Source: an uncultured Gammaproteobacteria bacterium
GTDB taxonomy: Bacteria > Patescibacteriota > Microgenomatia > PFEM01 > DATLAM01
DNA length: 64,000 nucleotides
NCBI GenBank assembly: GCA_964566925.1
Contig: CAZMIZ010000005.1
Span: 184 to 64,183 of the forward strand
Direction of reading: 5' to 3'
Position numbers and translations under genes: made by a program. Positions within the stretch are counted from its first letter, which is position 1. Each line of letters starts with the position of its first letter. The notes under the pieces are model-generated. The model saw only the letters and a list, made by a program, of their open reading frames with translations, ran no database searches and had not been told where the DNA came from. Shown here piece by piece: positions 27,408-36,964 of the stretch.

Positions 27408-27826
27408 TGGAGGGAACCTAGGAACGTTTTGAATAAACTGCCGGGTAGACTAGTTTGAAGTTCTATTTCCATCCTTTGTCTCCACGATGGCGGGCCTGGC
27501 CTGACGGCAAACCAATAAACCCTAAGTGATCTCTCGCCTTGTTTTCCTTTTTTTATCTCCATGAGTTCTACCTTATCCTCTTCTCTATTTTCTAGTTTTT
27601 GGAGAACTTCATATCTCAGGAATTGGTCCACGTGGCCGTAGTGCGTACGAGCCTGACCTCTTTGGGTTTCAATATAAGCAAACGGAGCATCGGTGAGAGG
27701 CATATACCAACAGAGCATTGTGAGGGGAGTCTTACCAGACCGTACCCTATCAACTTTATCCAAGAGGGCTTGTTGGATTTCTCCCCAAGTTACTTCTATT
27801 TTACCTTGTTTAGCTTCTTTTGACAT
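27404..27826 (-). CDS. Hypothetical protein (probable start ATG 27826, MSKEAKQ)
   Basis: ORF fills the gap between GT4 and the 27900 gene; minus-strand promoter TTGAAA-17-TAGAAT (27874-27846). Confidence 0.65.
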   Translation of the reverse strand: MSKEAKQGKIEVTWGEIQQALLDKVDRVRSGKTPLTMLCWYMPLTDAPFAYIETQRGQARTHYGHVDQFLRYEVLQKLENREEDKVELMEIKKGKQGERSLRVYWFAVRPGPPSWRQRMEIELQTSLPGSLFKTFLGSLH

Positions 27827-27899
27827 CTTTGGTAGGCAGGAAAGCATTCTAACAAAAGGACGTCGTAATTTCAAGAGACTTTGTGCTAAAATTAAAAAG

Positions 27900-28676
27900 A
27901 TGGGTAAGCTGAAAATTTGTGTTTCTGATCGCTGTTTTTTCCCAAAATCGGCTTTAATGAGCTCAAAATCAGTAGTCGATTTAGCCCAAAGCTTAGGCTA
28001 TGAACAGGTAGAGTTTCACCCTACTTGGCGGGTTTGGTGGGAAGTTTTTACCAGGGGAAAGCTGAGTTGTTTGGCCAGAGACGTTTGCTCCTTTCATATC
28101 AACTGGCGGGAGGATAGAAGAAAGGCGGGTTATGGTTTTATCCGGGCAAATTTCTTAGTTAAACATAGCTGGCTTTTTGCCTTTGAGTCAATGGGGATTT
28201 GGGCTTTACAGAAGTTGGAAAAGAAATACAAAAAGCCGGTGGTCGTTCATTGGCCAGAAGATTTTGATCGTTATCGTACGCCTTTGCTGGAACTTCATTG
28301 TTCTTTAGGGATGACCCGCGTCCAGATAGAGAAGGCGCTGAAGAAAAAAGAAATTGGAGGGGTTTTGATTGACACCGATAAATTTACTGGCTGGCTGGAG
28401 GCTGAAGACGAAAGAGATAATCAGGCTTTGCGAAGACTTTTTCCTTTTATTAAAGAGGTTCATTTTCGTTTTGGCCATCAGGAGAATATTGGCCTACGTT
28501 TCATCAAGGGAAGGACTAAGTCAGCCAAAGTGATGAAGAAGCTAGTAGAGATGGGCTATCGAGGGAGAGTGGTGGTGGAAATGGGCTGGCCAGACCCCGG
28601 GTCAATTAAAGTTTTACGCCAGGAGGGCTTGATAAAGGTTCATCAAAGAATTATCCAGTTTCTAAAAAATCTTTAA
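27900..28676 (+). CDS. Hypothetical protein, xylose-isomerase/AP-endonuclease-like TIM barrel
   Basis: LGYEQVEFHP, VVVHW, VLIDTDK, IKEVHF and GYRGRVVVEM pattern. Start moved to ATG 27900, which follows -10 TAAAAT. Confidence 0.6.
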   Translation: MGKLKICVSDRCFFPKSALMSSKSVVDLAQSLGYEQVEFHPTWRVWWEVFTRGKLSCLARDVCSFHINWREDRRKAGYGFIRANFLVKHSWLFAFESMGIWALQKLEKKYKKPVVVHWPEDFDRYRTPLLELHCSLGMTRVQIEKALKKKEIGGVLIDTDKFTGWLEAEDERDNQALRRLFPFIKEVHFRFGHQENIGLRFIKGRTKSAKVMKKLVEMGYRGRVVVEMGWPDPGSIKVLRQEGLIKVHQRIIQFLKNL

Positions 28677-28697
28677 ACTCATTAATTCTGGAAGCTT

Positions 28698-29504
28698 ATG
28701 ATCCAGTTTGATTATGAATCAAAAATCTGGGGCGGGACAAAAGTCAGGGCTTCTCCTTTTTACCTGGGCGCCTCTCGGCTGGAGTTTGGTTTAGCGGAGT
28801 TAAAGCATATTCAGGGCAGAGTTTTGGAGGTCGGTTGTGGAGCCGGGGGAATGGCCAAGGCGATTAAGTTTTATCGTCCTGACCTTGCTGTTTTCGGGAT
28901 TGATATCTCTAAAAAGGCGATTTCTAAGGCGAAGCAAAATCCCCAAGGGGTCAAATTTTCTCAGGCTGACGCTTACCAGCTACCCTTTAAAGAAAAAAGT
29001 CTTGAGGCGGTTTTAATGTTTGACTTCTTGGAGCACTTAGACGACCCTCAGAAGGCCCTTGTTGAAGCCCGCCGCGTTCTAAAACCAAAAGGAATTCTGA
29101 TCGCCTTTATTCCTCTTGAAGGCAGTCTGTTTTCTATCCACGGCCTAGCGAGGAAATTTTTCCATTTTAGCCCTAAAATGAAGTATGCGGGCCATGTCCA
29201 GGCCTATACGTTTTCAGAGTTTGAGACTCTTCTAAGGAAAGCTGGGCTTAAGCTTTTAAGAAAGCGCTATTTTGGCCATCTCTTCAACCAATTGGTGGAT
29301 TTTGGTTACTTCACTTTTCTTTCTTTCCGAGGGAGGGGTTTGCCTTATTCGGTAGAAGAATATCTAGCCCGAGAGCAAGGGTGGAAAAGGAATTTGGTGG
29401 CCCTAACGAAGTCAATGATTGCCGCTCTTAGCTATTTTGAATCAAGGCTTTTCTGGTTTTTCCCTGGTTCCGGGGTTCACCTCACGGCTGGAAGATCTCT
29501 TTAG
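28698..29504 (+). CDS. Class I SAM-dependent methyltransferase
   Basis: VLEVGCGAG, GIDIS, DAYQLPF, FLEHL and RVLKPKG. Confidence 0.92.
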   Translation: MIQFDYESKIWGGTKVRASPFYLGASRLEFGLAELKHIQGRVLEVGCGAGGMAKAIKFYRPDLAVFGIDISKKAISKAKQNPQGVKFSQADAYQLPFKEKSLEAVLMFDFLEHLDDPQKALVEARRVLKPKGILIAFIPLEGSLFSIHGLARKFFHFSPKMKYAGHVQAYTFSEFETLLRKAGLKLLRKRYFGHLFNQLVDFGYFTFLSFRGRGLPYSVEEYLAREQGWKRNLVALTKSMIAALSYFESRLFWFFPGSGVHLTAGRSL

Positions 29505-29543
29505 GTTATGATAGGATGATCATAAACTTACTCTGGCCCTCTG

Positions 29544-31118
29544 TTGATTGAAAAAATGAAAGAAAAACTAAAAAAACGCTTTTGGCTTAGCCTTTTGGTT
29601 TTTCTTTTGGCGTTGACCGCCCGACTGGTATTTCTTTTCTTCTTTGCCGAGGCAGATAAACCTCCGATTGGGGATGTTTGGCATCATTGGCAGATTGCCT
29701 ATTTGTCCAAAACAATTGGTTTCAAGCATGGTTTTCTGCGACTCTGGGATTTCAAGGGAATGGAATATTATTGGGGCCTACTTCACCCTTTGGTTTTGAT
29801 TATTGCCTTTACCCTTTCGCGGTCGGTTAGCATTGTTATCCCCCGAATCGTCTCGACTCTCTTTGGTTCGGGGGTAGTGGCCCTGATCTTTTTGATCGTG
29901 AGTCGTTATTTTAATAAAAAAACGGCTTTGGCCGCTGCAGTTTTTCTTAGTTTAATGCCGATTACCTTATTTCATGATGCTTTTGGTTTACAAGAGCCCT
30001 TGGGGCTTTTCTTCCTCCTTCTAGGAATTTATTTCTATCCCCGTCATTCTTTTATGGCTGGTTTTTCTTTAATGTTGGCCGGCATGGCCAGAGCTGAGTA
30101 TTGGCTTTTTGGGGCTGGTTTAGTCTTGGCGGTTCTTTTAAGAGAAAGAAATTTTGATCGGAAGATAACCCTTCTTTTTGGCTACAGCCTTCCTTGCCTT
30201 TTTTATCTGAAGTACATGCTTGACTATACCGGGAATCCGATCTATCCCGTTTATTGGAATTTCTTAGGTGTCGGTGCGGGCGAGTGGGCGCCTAAAAATG
30301 GAGAACTAACCGCCAGCCTTCAGATGACCAGGACCATTTGCCGGGTTTTAACCATTTCCTTTTTGGTCAGCGGCTTAGTGGTTCTCTGGAAAAGGCTTAA
30401 ACCCTACCTGTTTTTGCTTCTTGGTTTAGCCAACCTGACCTTGGTTTTCTCAATTTTTGGGTTTAGCACCTACCTTTATGGCTATAACCGGGTGGCGAGC
30501 TACCCAGGCTTAATTGATAAAATTTGGATCGGCAAACTGTTGGCTTTTCCCTGGGGGTTTTTAGGCGTTTTGGCGATCATCTTTTTGATTTATTTTCTGC
30601 CTAAAAAAAGAGGCCGGTTAGGCGCCCTGGTAGGGGTTTCCATTTTCTTAGTTGGATTGGGAGCCAGCCAATTCGTTTGGCCTTCCATCATCAAGCATTA
30701 CTCACCGGAAAAATCAGTGATAGAGCCCAGCCAAAAGGCGGCCGCTGTGATTGCCAGTCAAGACCCTGGTCAAGGGACAATTCTCCTACCCTCCCAATCA
30801 GAGTACCTCACTTATTTTCTGGCCCACGACGAAAATATTGCCGGGGAAAGATTGGCTTCTTCATTCTATGACCCTTTTTATTATTACCAAGGAGAAGACC
30901 CTTTTTCGGAGTGGTCAACTTTCAGAGAGAAGTTGATTAAGTGGCTTCAAGAAAATGACGCCAGCCTTTTAGTGGTTTCCGAACACGAGATTATATTAGG
31001 GAAAAAGCGAATCAGGAATTACGGTCGAATGTTGGAATTAGAGGAAGGGAAACTCTTTAAGTTGGTGGCCAATGAATATATCTACCGGGTCTACCAGGTC
31101 AAAATTAACGAAGAGTAA
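29544..31118 (+). CDS. GT-C/ArnT-PMT-like membrane glycosyltransferase (GT39-like)
   Basis: TM1 followed by D-containing loop (IGDVWHHWQ), R..S..FG, LQEPL and RAEYW; multi-TM. Confidence 0.75.
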   Translation: MIEKMKEKLKKRFWLSLLVFLLALTARLVFLFFFAEADKPPIGDVWHHWQIAYLSKTIGFKHGFLRLWDFKGMEYYWGLLHPLVLIIAFTLSRSVSIVIPRIVSTLFGSGVVALIFLIVSRYFNKKTALAAAVFLSLMPITLFHDAFGLQEPLGLFFLLLGIYFYPRHSFMAGFSLMLAGMARAEYWLFGAGLVLAVLLRERNFDRKITLLFGYSLPCLFYLKYMLDYTGNPIYPVYWNFLGVGAGEWAPKNGELTASLQMTRTICRVLTISFLVSGLVVLWKRLKPYLFLLLGLANLTLVFSIFGFSTYLYGYNRVASYPGLIDKIWIGKLLAFPWGFLGVLAIIFLIYFLPKKRGRLGALVGVSIFLVGLGASQFVWPSIIKHYSPEKSVIEPSQKAAAVIASQDPGQGTILLPSQSEYLTYFLAHDENIAGERLASSFYDPFYYYQGEDPFSEWSTFREKLIKWLQENDASLLVVSEHEIILGKKRIRNYGRMLELEEGKLFKLVANEYIYRVYQVKINEE

Positions 31119-32028
31119 GCAGAGCTTGTTTCCTCGCAAAATCAGAAATAAGCAAAGCTTCTTTCCTCAAAAACTCGGAAAGAAGCAATATCAAAAAAAA
31201 TTTTTTGATGAACACCCCGGACTTTACCCCTGGCCGAGTCTTTTGGTGGCAATGGGGTTCGCTAAAAGCCATAAGCTCAGAGACCTAAAGTTTAAAAAAT
31301 ATCTCGACCTCCTGGGAATTAAAAAAAAGGAAAAAGTTCTAGATGTGGGTTGTGGCCAGGGAATTTTCTTAGCGCGGGTAGTTAAAACTTATGGGGCGAA
31401 GGGGATTGGTATTGATATTTCAAAGAGGTCAATTGGTACGGCCAACCATTGGCCATCATCCCAATTGAGCTTCCAAGTGGCTGATGCCACCCATCTTCCA
31501 TTCCCAGATAAGAGCTTTGACCACGTTTTAAGTTTTGATCTTTTAGAGCACGTTGAAAATCAAAAAAAAGCTCTCGCTGAAATGGTTCGGGTTTTGAAGC
31601 CCGGCGGATCACTATTGGCTTATACGATCAATAGCCATCAGGGTTATACCTGGAACTTTTTATTAGACAAGATCGGTGTAGACGTTTATCAAAATGTGGC
31701 CCATGACCCGCGCCTTTTTCTTGATCCTGGATGGGTTAAGAAAAAATTAGAGGGGCTGGGAATTAAGACCGAGCGAGTAGAATTATTTGGTTCCTTCTTT
31801 ACTTTGGCTATCGATGAAGCAATAATGATTCTTTTCCTGGTTTTTAAAAAACTAAATCTGTTTGATTCTTCTTCCCGCCCTAAATTAATCTTAGGGAAAG
31901 TTTTTTTAAACTTAATCAATCTTTTCTCGCACCTTTTTTTAGTTCCTCTGGAAGTTTTAGAGCTTCCTTGGAAGAAAGCTGGTTATTCTAATAGCTTTTT
32001 TATTTTAGGGAGGAAAGAGAGAAGATGA
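31072..32028 (+). CDS. Class I SAM-dependent methyltransferase (start uncertain)
   Basis: VLDVGCGQG, DATHLPFPDKSFD, LEHV and RVLKPGG; imperfect 33-bp tandem duplication near 31096-31167. Confidence 0.9.
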   Translation: MNISTGSTRSKLTKSKQSLFPRKIRNKQSFFPQKLGKKQYQKKFFDEHPGLYPWPSLLVAMGFAKSHKLRDLKFKKYLDLLGIKKKEKVLDVGCGQGIFLARVVKTYGAKGIGIDISKRSIGTANHWPSSQLSFQVADATHLPFPDKSFDHVLSFDLLEHVENQKKALAEMVRVLKPGGSLLAYTINSHQGYTWNFLLDKIGVDVYQNVAHDPRLFLDPGWVKKKLEGLGIKTERVELFGSFFTLAIDEAIMILFLVFKKLNLFDSSSRPKLILGKVFLNLINLFSHLFLVPLEVLELPWKKAGYSNSFFILGRKERR

Positions 32029-32834
32029 GATCCGTCCCAGCCAAACTTTACACCAAAAAATATTACCTAAGTTCCTGTCGAGGTTTTGAGGAATTTCTTA
32101 AAGGCGGCATCTCCGAAAGATTACTTTATGCCTTTTCACTCGCGGACCTTAAAAAAGGGGCCCAGGTCTTGGATATTGGTTCGGGTCGAGGAGAATTATT
32201 GATTAAATGTGCCCAAGCAGGAGCGATCGCCAAGGGGATCGACTACAGTCAAGCCGCGGTTGGAATCGCTAAAGGGAATCTGAGTCGAGTTGATAAAAAG
32301 GTGGCGAGAAGAGTTTCGATTAAAAGGATGAATGCCAAAAAAATTCTTTATCCCGCCAAGTTTTTTGATGTGGTTTTTATGATTGATGTGGTTGAACATC
32401 TTTATCCTAAGGAATTGAGGCAAGTCTTTTTAGAGGTTAAAAGAGTTCTTAAGCCTGGAGGGAAGGTAATCATTCATACCCCTAATGCCTGGCTGATTAG
32501 ATTAGTTAATTTTTTAGCCAAAAGCTTTTTAAAATGGGAAGAACACCCAGGGCACGTCAATGAACAAAGTTTTTTTAGTTTGCGCCGAGAACTCAGACCA
32601 TTTAAAGGTCAGCAAAAGCTTTATTTTAAGTCCAGGAAAAGGTGTTTCTCGGAGATGGTTCAGAACGTTAAAAACTTGCCCTTTTGGACAATTCGTTTAG
32701 CGAACTTTCTGGACCAGCTTTGGGAGAATCGAGTTTTTTCCTTTTTCGTCTACCATCAGCCTTTGGTTTTTTTCTTGGGAACTGATCTTTGGGCGGTAAT
32801 TAGGGTGCCTGGAAAAGAGAGGCGGTCAAAATAA
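32025..32834 (+). CDS. Class I SAM-dependent methyltransferase
   Basis: VLDIGSGRGE, GIDYS, DVVEHL and RVLKPGG. Confidence 0.92.
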   Translation: MRSVPAKLYTKKYYLSSCRGFEEFLKGGISERLLYAFSLADLKKGAQVLDIGSGRGELLIKCAQAGAIAKGIDYSQAAVGIAKGNLSRVDKKVARRVSIKRMNAKKILYPAKFFDVVFMIDVVEHLYPKELRQVFLEVKRVLKPGGKVIIHTPNAWLIRLVNFLAKSFLKWEEHPGHVNEQSFFSLRRELRPFKGQQKLYFKSRKRCFSEMVQNVKNLPFWTIRLANFLDQLWENRVFSFFVYHQPLVFFLGTDLWAVIRVPGKERRSK

Positions 32835-34054
32835 AAATAGCCATTTTCCATTTAGCCTTTATTTATTCTGGTGGGGGTGAGAAACTGGTTTTGGAAGAGG
32901 CTAAGGGTTTAGCCAAGAAAGGCCATCAGGTAACCATTTTCTCGCCGGTAGTTGACAGGAAGAGCTGTTTCCCGGACCTGATTAATCAAGCTGATATTAA
33001 AACAATTGTTCCCAATTTACCCACCACTATCCCTGAATGGGGAGCTTTTCAAGTTCTCCTGGCTTGTTTTTTAGCGCCGCTTCTGGCCAGCCGCTTTAGA
33101 AATTTTGATGTCATTTTGGCCGCCAATCAACCTAGCCTCTGGTTAGCCCTTTGGGTTAAAAAATTTTTTGGTATTCCTTACGTTGCTTATTTGGCCCAAC
33201 CAACCCGATTTTTACATCCAAGAAAAATTGATTTAGAAACAGGCCTTATTTTCACTGGTAAGAGGCGGTTTTTACCAGCCACTTATTTAATGAAGCTCGC
33301 GAAACCCCTGGGCAACTGGATTGATAAAGCCAGTATTAAAGAGGCGAACCTGATTCTAGCTAATGGTCCCCACGCCAAAAAGGTTTTAGAGAGGACATAT
33401 GGGATCAGAGTGATTTCTTGCCCAGCTGGGGCTTATCCTTTGGCTGGAAAAAGGAATAAGGTTGATCGGTATCGAGGGAAATTAAAAATCAATGGCCGGA
33501 CCATGGCTAAACCCTACCTGCTTCTGACTAATCGTCATTTTCCTCAGAAGCGCTTTGAATACGCGGTGATGGCCCTCCCGGCGATCTTGAAAAAGTTTTC
33601 TAGCCTTCCTTTGGTAATAACTGGTGAGGAGACAGATTACACTCAGGATTTGAAGAATTTGGTAAAAAAGTTATCATTAAGGAAGCAGGTGATTTTTTTA
33701 GGCTTAGTCAAGGAAAAAGATTTGAAAAAGCTTTATTCAAACGCCGCTGTTTATGTTTATACTGCTCCGGAAGAAGATTTTGGGATGGGCATGGTGGAGG
33801 CGATGGCTCACGGCACGCCGGTGGTGGCCTGGAAGAACGGCGGACCCACCGGGATCGTGGTTGATGGAGAAACTGGTTTCTTGGCGACGCCTTTTAATCT
33901 GGTTGATTTTACTGACAAAATTACCCGGCTGCTCAACGACAAAAAGCTGGCTGGGCGAATGGGAAAATCAGGCTTAAAAAGGGTTAGAAAAGGGCTTAGC
34001 TGGGAAAATCATTGCCGGTCATTAGAAAAGAAGTTATTTGAGGTTTTGAGATGA
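32831..34054 (+). CDS. Glycosyltransferase family 4 (conserved N-terminus lies upstream of the first canonical start)
   Basis: Frame reads IKIAIFHLAFIYSGGGEKLVLEE from 32831, paralogous to 26166; EEDFGMGMVEAMAHG. First TTG is at 32891. Confidence 0.85.
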   Translation: MKIAIFHLAFIYSGGGEKLVLEEAKGLAKKGHQVTIFSPVVDRKSCFPDLINQADIKTIVPNLPTTIPEWGAFQVLLACFLAPLLASRFRNFDVILAANQPSLWLALWVKKFFGIPYVAYLAQPTRFLHPRKIDLETGLIFTGKRRFLPATYLMKLAKPLGNWIDKASIKEANLILANGPHAKKVLERTYGIRVISCPAGAYPLAGKRNKVDRYRGKLKINGRTMAKPYLLLTNRHFPQKRFEYAVMALPAILKKFSSLPLVITGEETDYTQDLKNLVKKLSLRKQVIFLGLVKEKDLKKLYSNAAVYVYTAPEEDFGMGMVEAMAHGTPVVAWKNGGPTGIVVDGETGFLATPFNLVDFTDKITRLLNDKKLAGRMGKSGLKRVRKGLSWENHCRSLEKKLFEVLR

Positions 34055-36951
34055 AGAAACTATCTAATTGGATTATCAAAGGCTCGGTGAGCATCTTCAG
34101 GATTCTTTATTTGTTCTTAGGGGTAGGGGTAATTCTGGCACTGGCCTATATTTTAGGAGGTCGGGCTTTTCTAATGGAAGGAAGGTGGGGAAGCGACATG
34201 GGGAGCGCCCTTTCCGTCGCCGCCTGGGTAGATAAGTATTTTCCTCATGTTCCTTTCTGGTATCCCTTGGCCGGCGGCGGGGTTTCGATTACCCATTCTT
34301 ATCCGGTTTTTTCCTTTTACCTGGTCGCTCTTTTGAAAAGATTAACGAACTTGGACTTAGTTCAGGCCTTTAGAGTCTTAGGTTTTTCTTCTGTTCCTTT
34401 GATGGCCCTGGGAATCTATGCCTTTGTTGCCTTACGTTTTTCCGCCAAGGGCCAAAGAAGCCAAACCGCGGCCCTGATTGCTTCTATTCTTTACCTTGTT
34501 TCGCCGCTTGCCTGGGTTTGGTTGTTCGATTGGGGTTTTTATGCTGAATGTATTTCTCATATTTTTGTTATGCCGGCCGTTATTTTCTGGGATCTTTTCT
34601 TCACTTCTTTCCTTGAAAAGATTGAGGGGATTAAGAATCGGGTTTACCTTGTCTTGGCCGTGGTTTTTCTCTCATTGGCTCTACTAGCCCATTTCTATAC
34701 CGGCCTGGGCTTGATGATGCTTTTTGGTTTTTATCTGATTGGCTATGTGATTAAAGCCAAGGAAAAAAGAAAAGTCTTCATTCGAGGAGTTTTAGCTTTA
34801 AGCTTAGTGGTTTTATTAACTTTTGGGCTAACTATCTCGACAACCTTTCCATTCTATCGTTACGCCAAAATTACGGCGGAGGCAGGGGTGGCCGGAAAAA
34901 GCTATCAATATTTTAGGGACAGCAAGATGACGGTGGATCACATCTTAGGTTTTCGCCCTTTAACTGAAGAATATCGGGCGGCTCGGAATATTTCCTTTCC
35001 GGCGGTGGTTTCTGGACTAGCTATCTTAGGCATCTTTCTTTCTCTTTGGGAGGCCAGGTCATTTACTCTGGCTCTCTTTACCATTGTGGCTTTGGTTTTG
35101 TTCTTTAATCCGGATTTTCTTTTTTGGATTTCGAGTCGAGCTCCTCAGGTTCTAGCAGAAACCCTGAATAGACGACCACCTCTTGTTCTTTTAAGATTTA
35201 TTTTACCGACTTTAGCTGGTTTGGGAGTCATCAGGCTCTTTAAAATTCCCTTCTTTTGGGTTAAAGGGCGCTTAGGAAATTTTGCTAAAGGCGTTTTTGC
35301 CTCCTTAGGAGGATTGGTTTTAGTAATCGGAGCTCTTTATTGGTTTGGTTCTCTTCCGAATTGGGAAAACAGACGAATGATAATCGCCGACTGGCCGAAA
35401 TTAGAAGTCACCCAGAGCTTATATGATCCGTCTGGGAAAATTGGCCAGCTGAAGGAAACCCTAAATAGAGTTTCTAGCGAGAACTCCCTGGCAAGATTAG
35501 ATTTTTCTGTTTATCTTGGCCAACTGGGAATGTCGGCTCCTTATTTTAACCGCGACCGAAGCCTTTCCCAGACTTATATTTACGTCAATACAGCCAGTTT
35601 GATCCGTCAGTTTTGGAATCAGCTAATTAATGGTTTCTACTCCGAGAATTTTGTCTCCAATGGAAGTGCTAACCTGGTAAATAATTTAGCCCGCTGGTTT
35701 GGAGTAAACTATGTTTTCTTTAATGGAGAAACTGATTCTCGATCATTCCAAGAAGCAGGCTGGGAGGTTTGGGAGGGGAGCTGGGAGAAGGGAATTTTAA
35801 AATTTCCGGAAGAAAACTCATTGGCTAACTTAACAACGAAACCAACCGTTTTAGTTATTGGCCAAAAGAAAGTCGATGTTTATTACCAGGTTTTTCAGCT
35901 AGCCGCTTATGGCGTTCTTCCTTATCCGGATTATTTAATTGTCTGGGGTAGGGGGGCAATTGATGATTATCATCCTGAGGAACTGGCAAACTTTGACCTT
36001 CTTTTGCTTCACGGTTATACCTATAAAAATCGCCAAGAAGCGAATGAACTGCTGGCGGACTACGTCAAAGGCGGGGGAAATGTTTTTATTGATACCGGCT
36101 GGCAGTATACCACTCCCGATTGGGAAACCAAATCGGGCTTAGAAACGCTGGCTATTATCCCTTTTAACCAACTCCTCTGGAAGAATTTGGGGAAGACCGA
36201 TGATTTTGTTTTCGAAGAAAGTGAACTTAGCAACGGGGTGGACCTTTCTCAGTTCGCGCCTCTGATTTATGAAGATCAGCCCTGGGGTGTTTCTACCAAT
36301 AAAAAAACCGAACTTAAAAATTGGCCAAAGGTGGTCCTTAGCGTTCAAGATTATCCCCTGATTGTTGCCGGTGAGCTGGGTGAGGGGAAAGTTGTTTGGT
36401 CGGGGATGAACATTTTTCCTCATCTTAGACAAAAAGAAGAGGTTAACTACGAAGAGGTTAAGTTTTTAGCCAATCTTTTCTCTTGGCTGACTAACGGAAA
36501 CTCAAGGGAAGATTTGCCTGTCACTTATCGAAGAGAAAATCCAGACAGACTGGAATTCACGGTTGAGGAAGACGTATCCAGTCCTAGTTTTCTCCTTTGG
36601 AAAGAGGCGTTTCACCCCGATTTCCGGGCTACGTTGGCCTCTGATCAGGGATCAGCCACCCAAAGTCTGGATGTTTATCGAGCTGGACCTAACTTAGCCC
36701 TGATTAGTCTCCCTGAAATTAAAAAAGGAGCCAAAATCATTTATGAATATCGTCAGCCTTTTTCTGAAAAGGCCCTTTCTCTTTTATCGTGGCTGATTTT
36801 TCTTTTCTTGCCAGCGATGGTAATTGAAGGAGTTTGGTTGAAAGAGAAGAGTCTTTTCTGGCGATTAATTAAATTTCAAGAAAAAAAGCTCGATTATCTG
36901 ATTTTTGAACTCTGGAAGAAACCGGTTGATTGGTGGAGAAGGGAAGAATAA
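34051..36951 (+). CDS. Large membrane protein (6-pyruvoyl-tetrahydropterin-synthase-related membrane family / GT-C-like) with extracellular domains
   Basis: GSD...PFWYPLAGGG...YP motif, about 12 TM helices, long soluble region and a terminal TM. Confidence 0.7.
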   Translation: MKKLSNWIIKGSVSIFRILYLFLGVGVILALAYILGGRAFLMEGRWGSDMGSALSVAAWVDKYFPHVPFWYPLAGGGVSITHSYPVFSFYLVALLKRLTNLDLVQAFRVLGFSSVPLMALGIYAFVALRFSAKGQRSQTAALIASILYLVSPLAWVWLFDWGFYAECISHIFVMPAVIFWDLFFTSFLEKIEGIKNRVYLVLAVVFLSLALLAHFYTGLGLMMLFGFYLIGYVIKAKEKRKVFIRGVLALSLVVLLTFGLTISTTFPFYRYAKITAEAGVAGKSYQYFRDSKMTVDHILGFRPLTEEYRAARNISFPAVVSGLAILGIFLSLWEARSFTLALFTIVALVLFFNPDFLFWISSRAPQVLAETLNRRPPLVLLRFILPTLAGLGVIRLFKIPFFWVKGRLGNFAKGVFASLGGLVLVIGALYWFGSLPNWENRRMIIADWPKLEVTQSLYDPSGKIGQLKETLNRVSSENSLARLDFSVYLGQLGMSAPYFNRDRSLSQTYIYVNTASLIRQFWNQLINGFYSENFVSNGSANLVNNLARWFGVNYVFFNGETDSRSFQEAGWEVWEGSWEKGILKFPEENSLANLTTKPTVLVIGQKKVDVYYQVFQLAAYGVLPYPDYLIVWGRGAIDDYHPEELANFDLLLLHGYTYKNRQEANELLADYVKGGGNVFIDTGWQYTTPDWETKSGLETLAIIPFNQLLWKNLGKTDDFVFEESELSNGVDLSQFAPLIYEDQPWGVSTNKKTELKNWPKVVLSVQDYPLIVAGELGEGKVVWSGMNIFPHLRQKEEVNYEEVKFLANLFSWLTNGNSREDLPVTYRRENPDRLEFTVEEDVSSPSFLLWKEAFHPDFRATLASDQGSATQSLDVYRAGPNLALISLPEIKKGAKIIYEYRQPFSEKALSLLSWLIFLFLPAMVIEGVWLKEKSLFWRLIKFQEKKLDYLIFELWKKPVDWWRREE

Positions 36952-36964
36952 AGAGTTAAGCCAG

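Noticed and set aside
27693-27899. N-terminal extension of the TIM-barrel ORF overlapping the minus-strand gene
   Set aside because: Divergent -10 boxes (27846-27851 minus; 27887-27892 plus) favour starts at 27826(-) and 27900(+) with no overlap.
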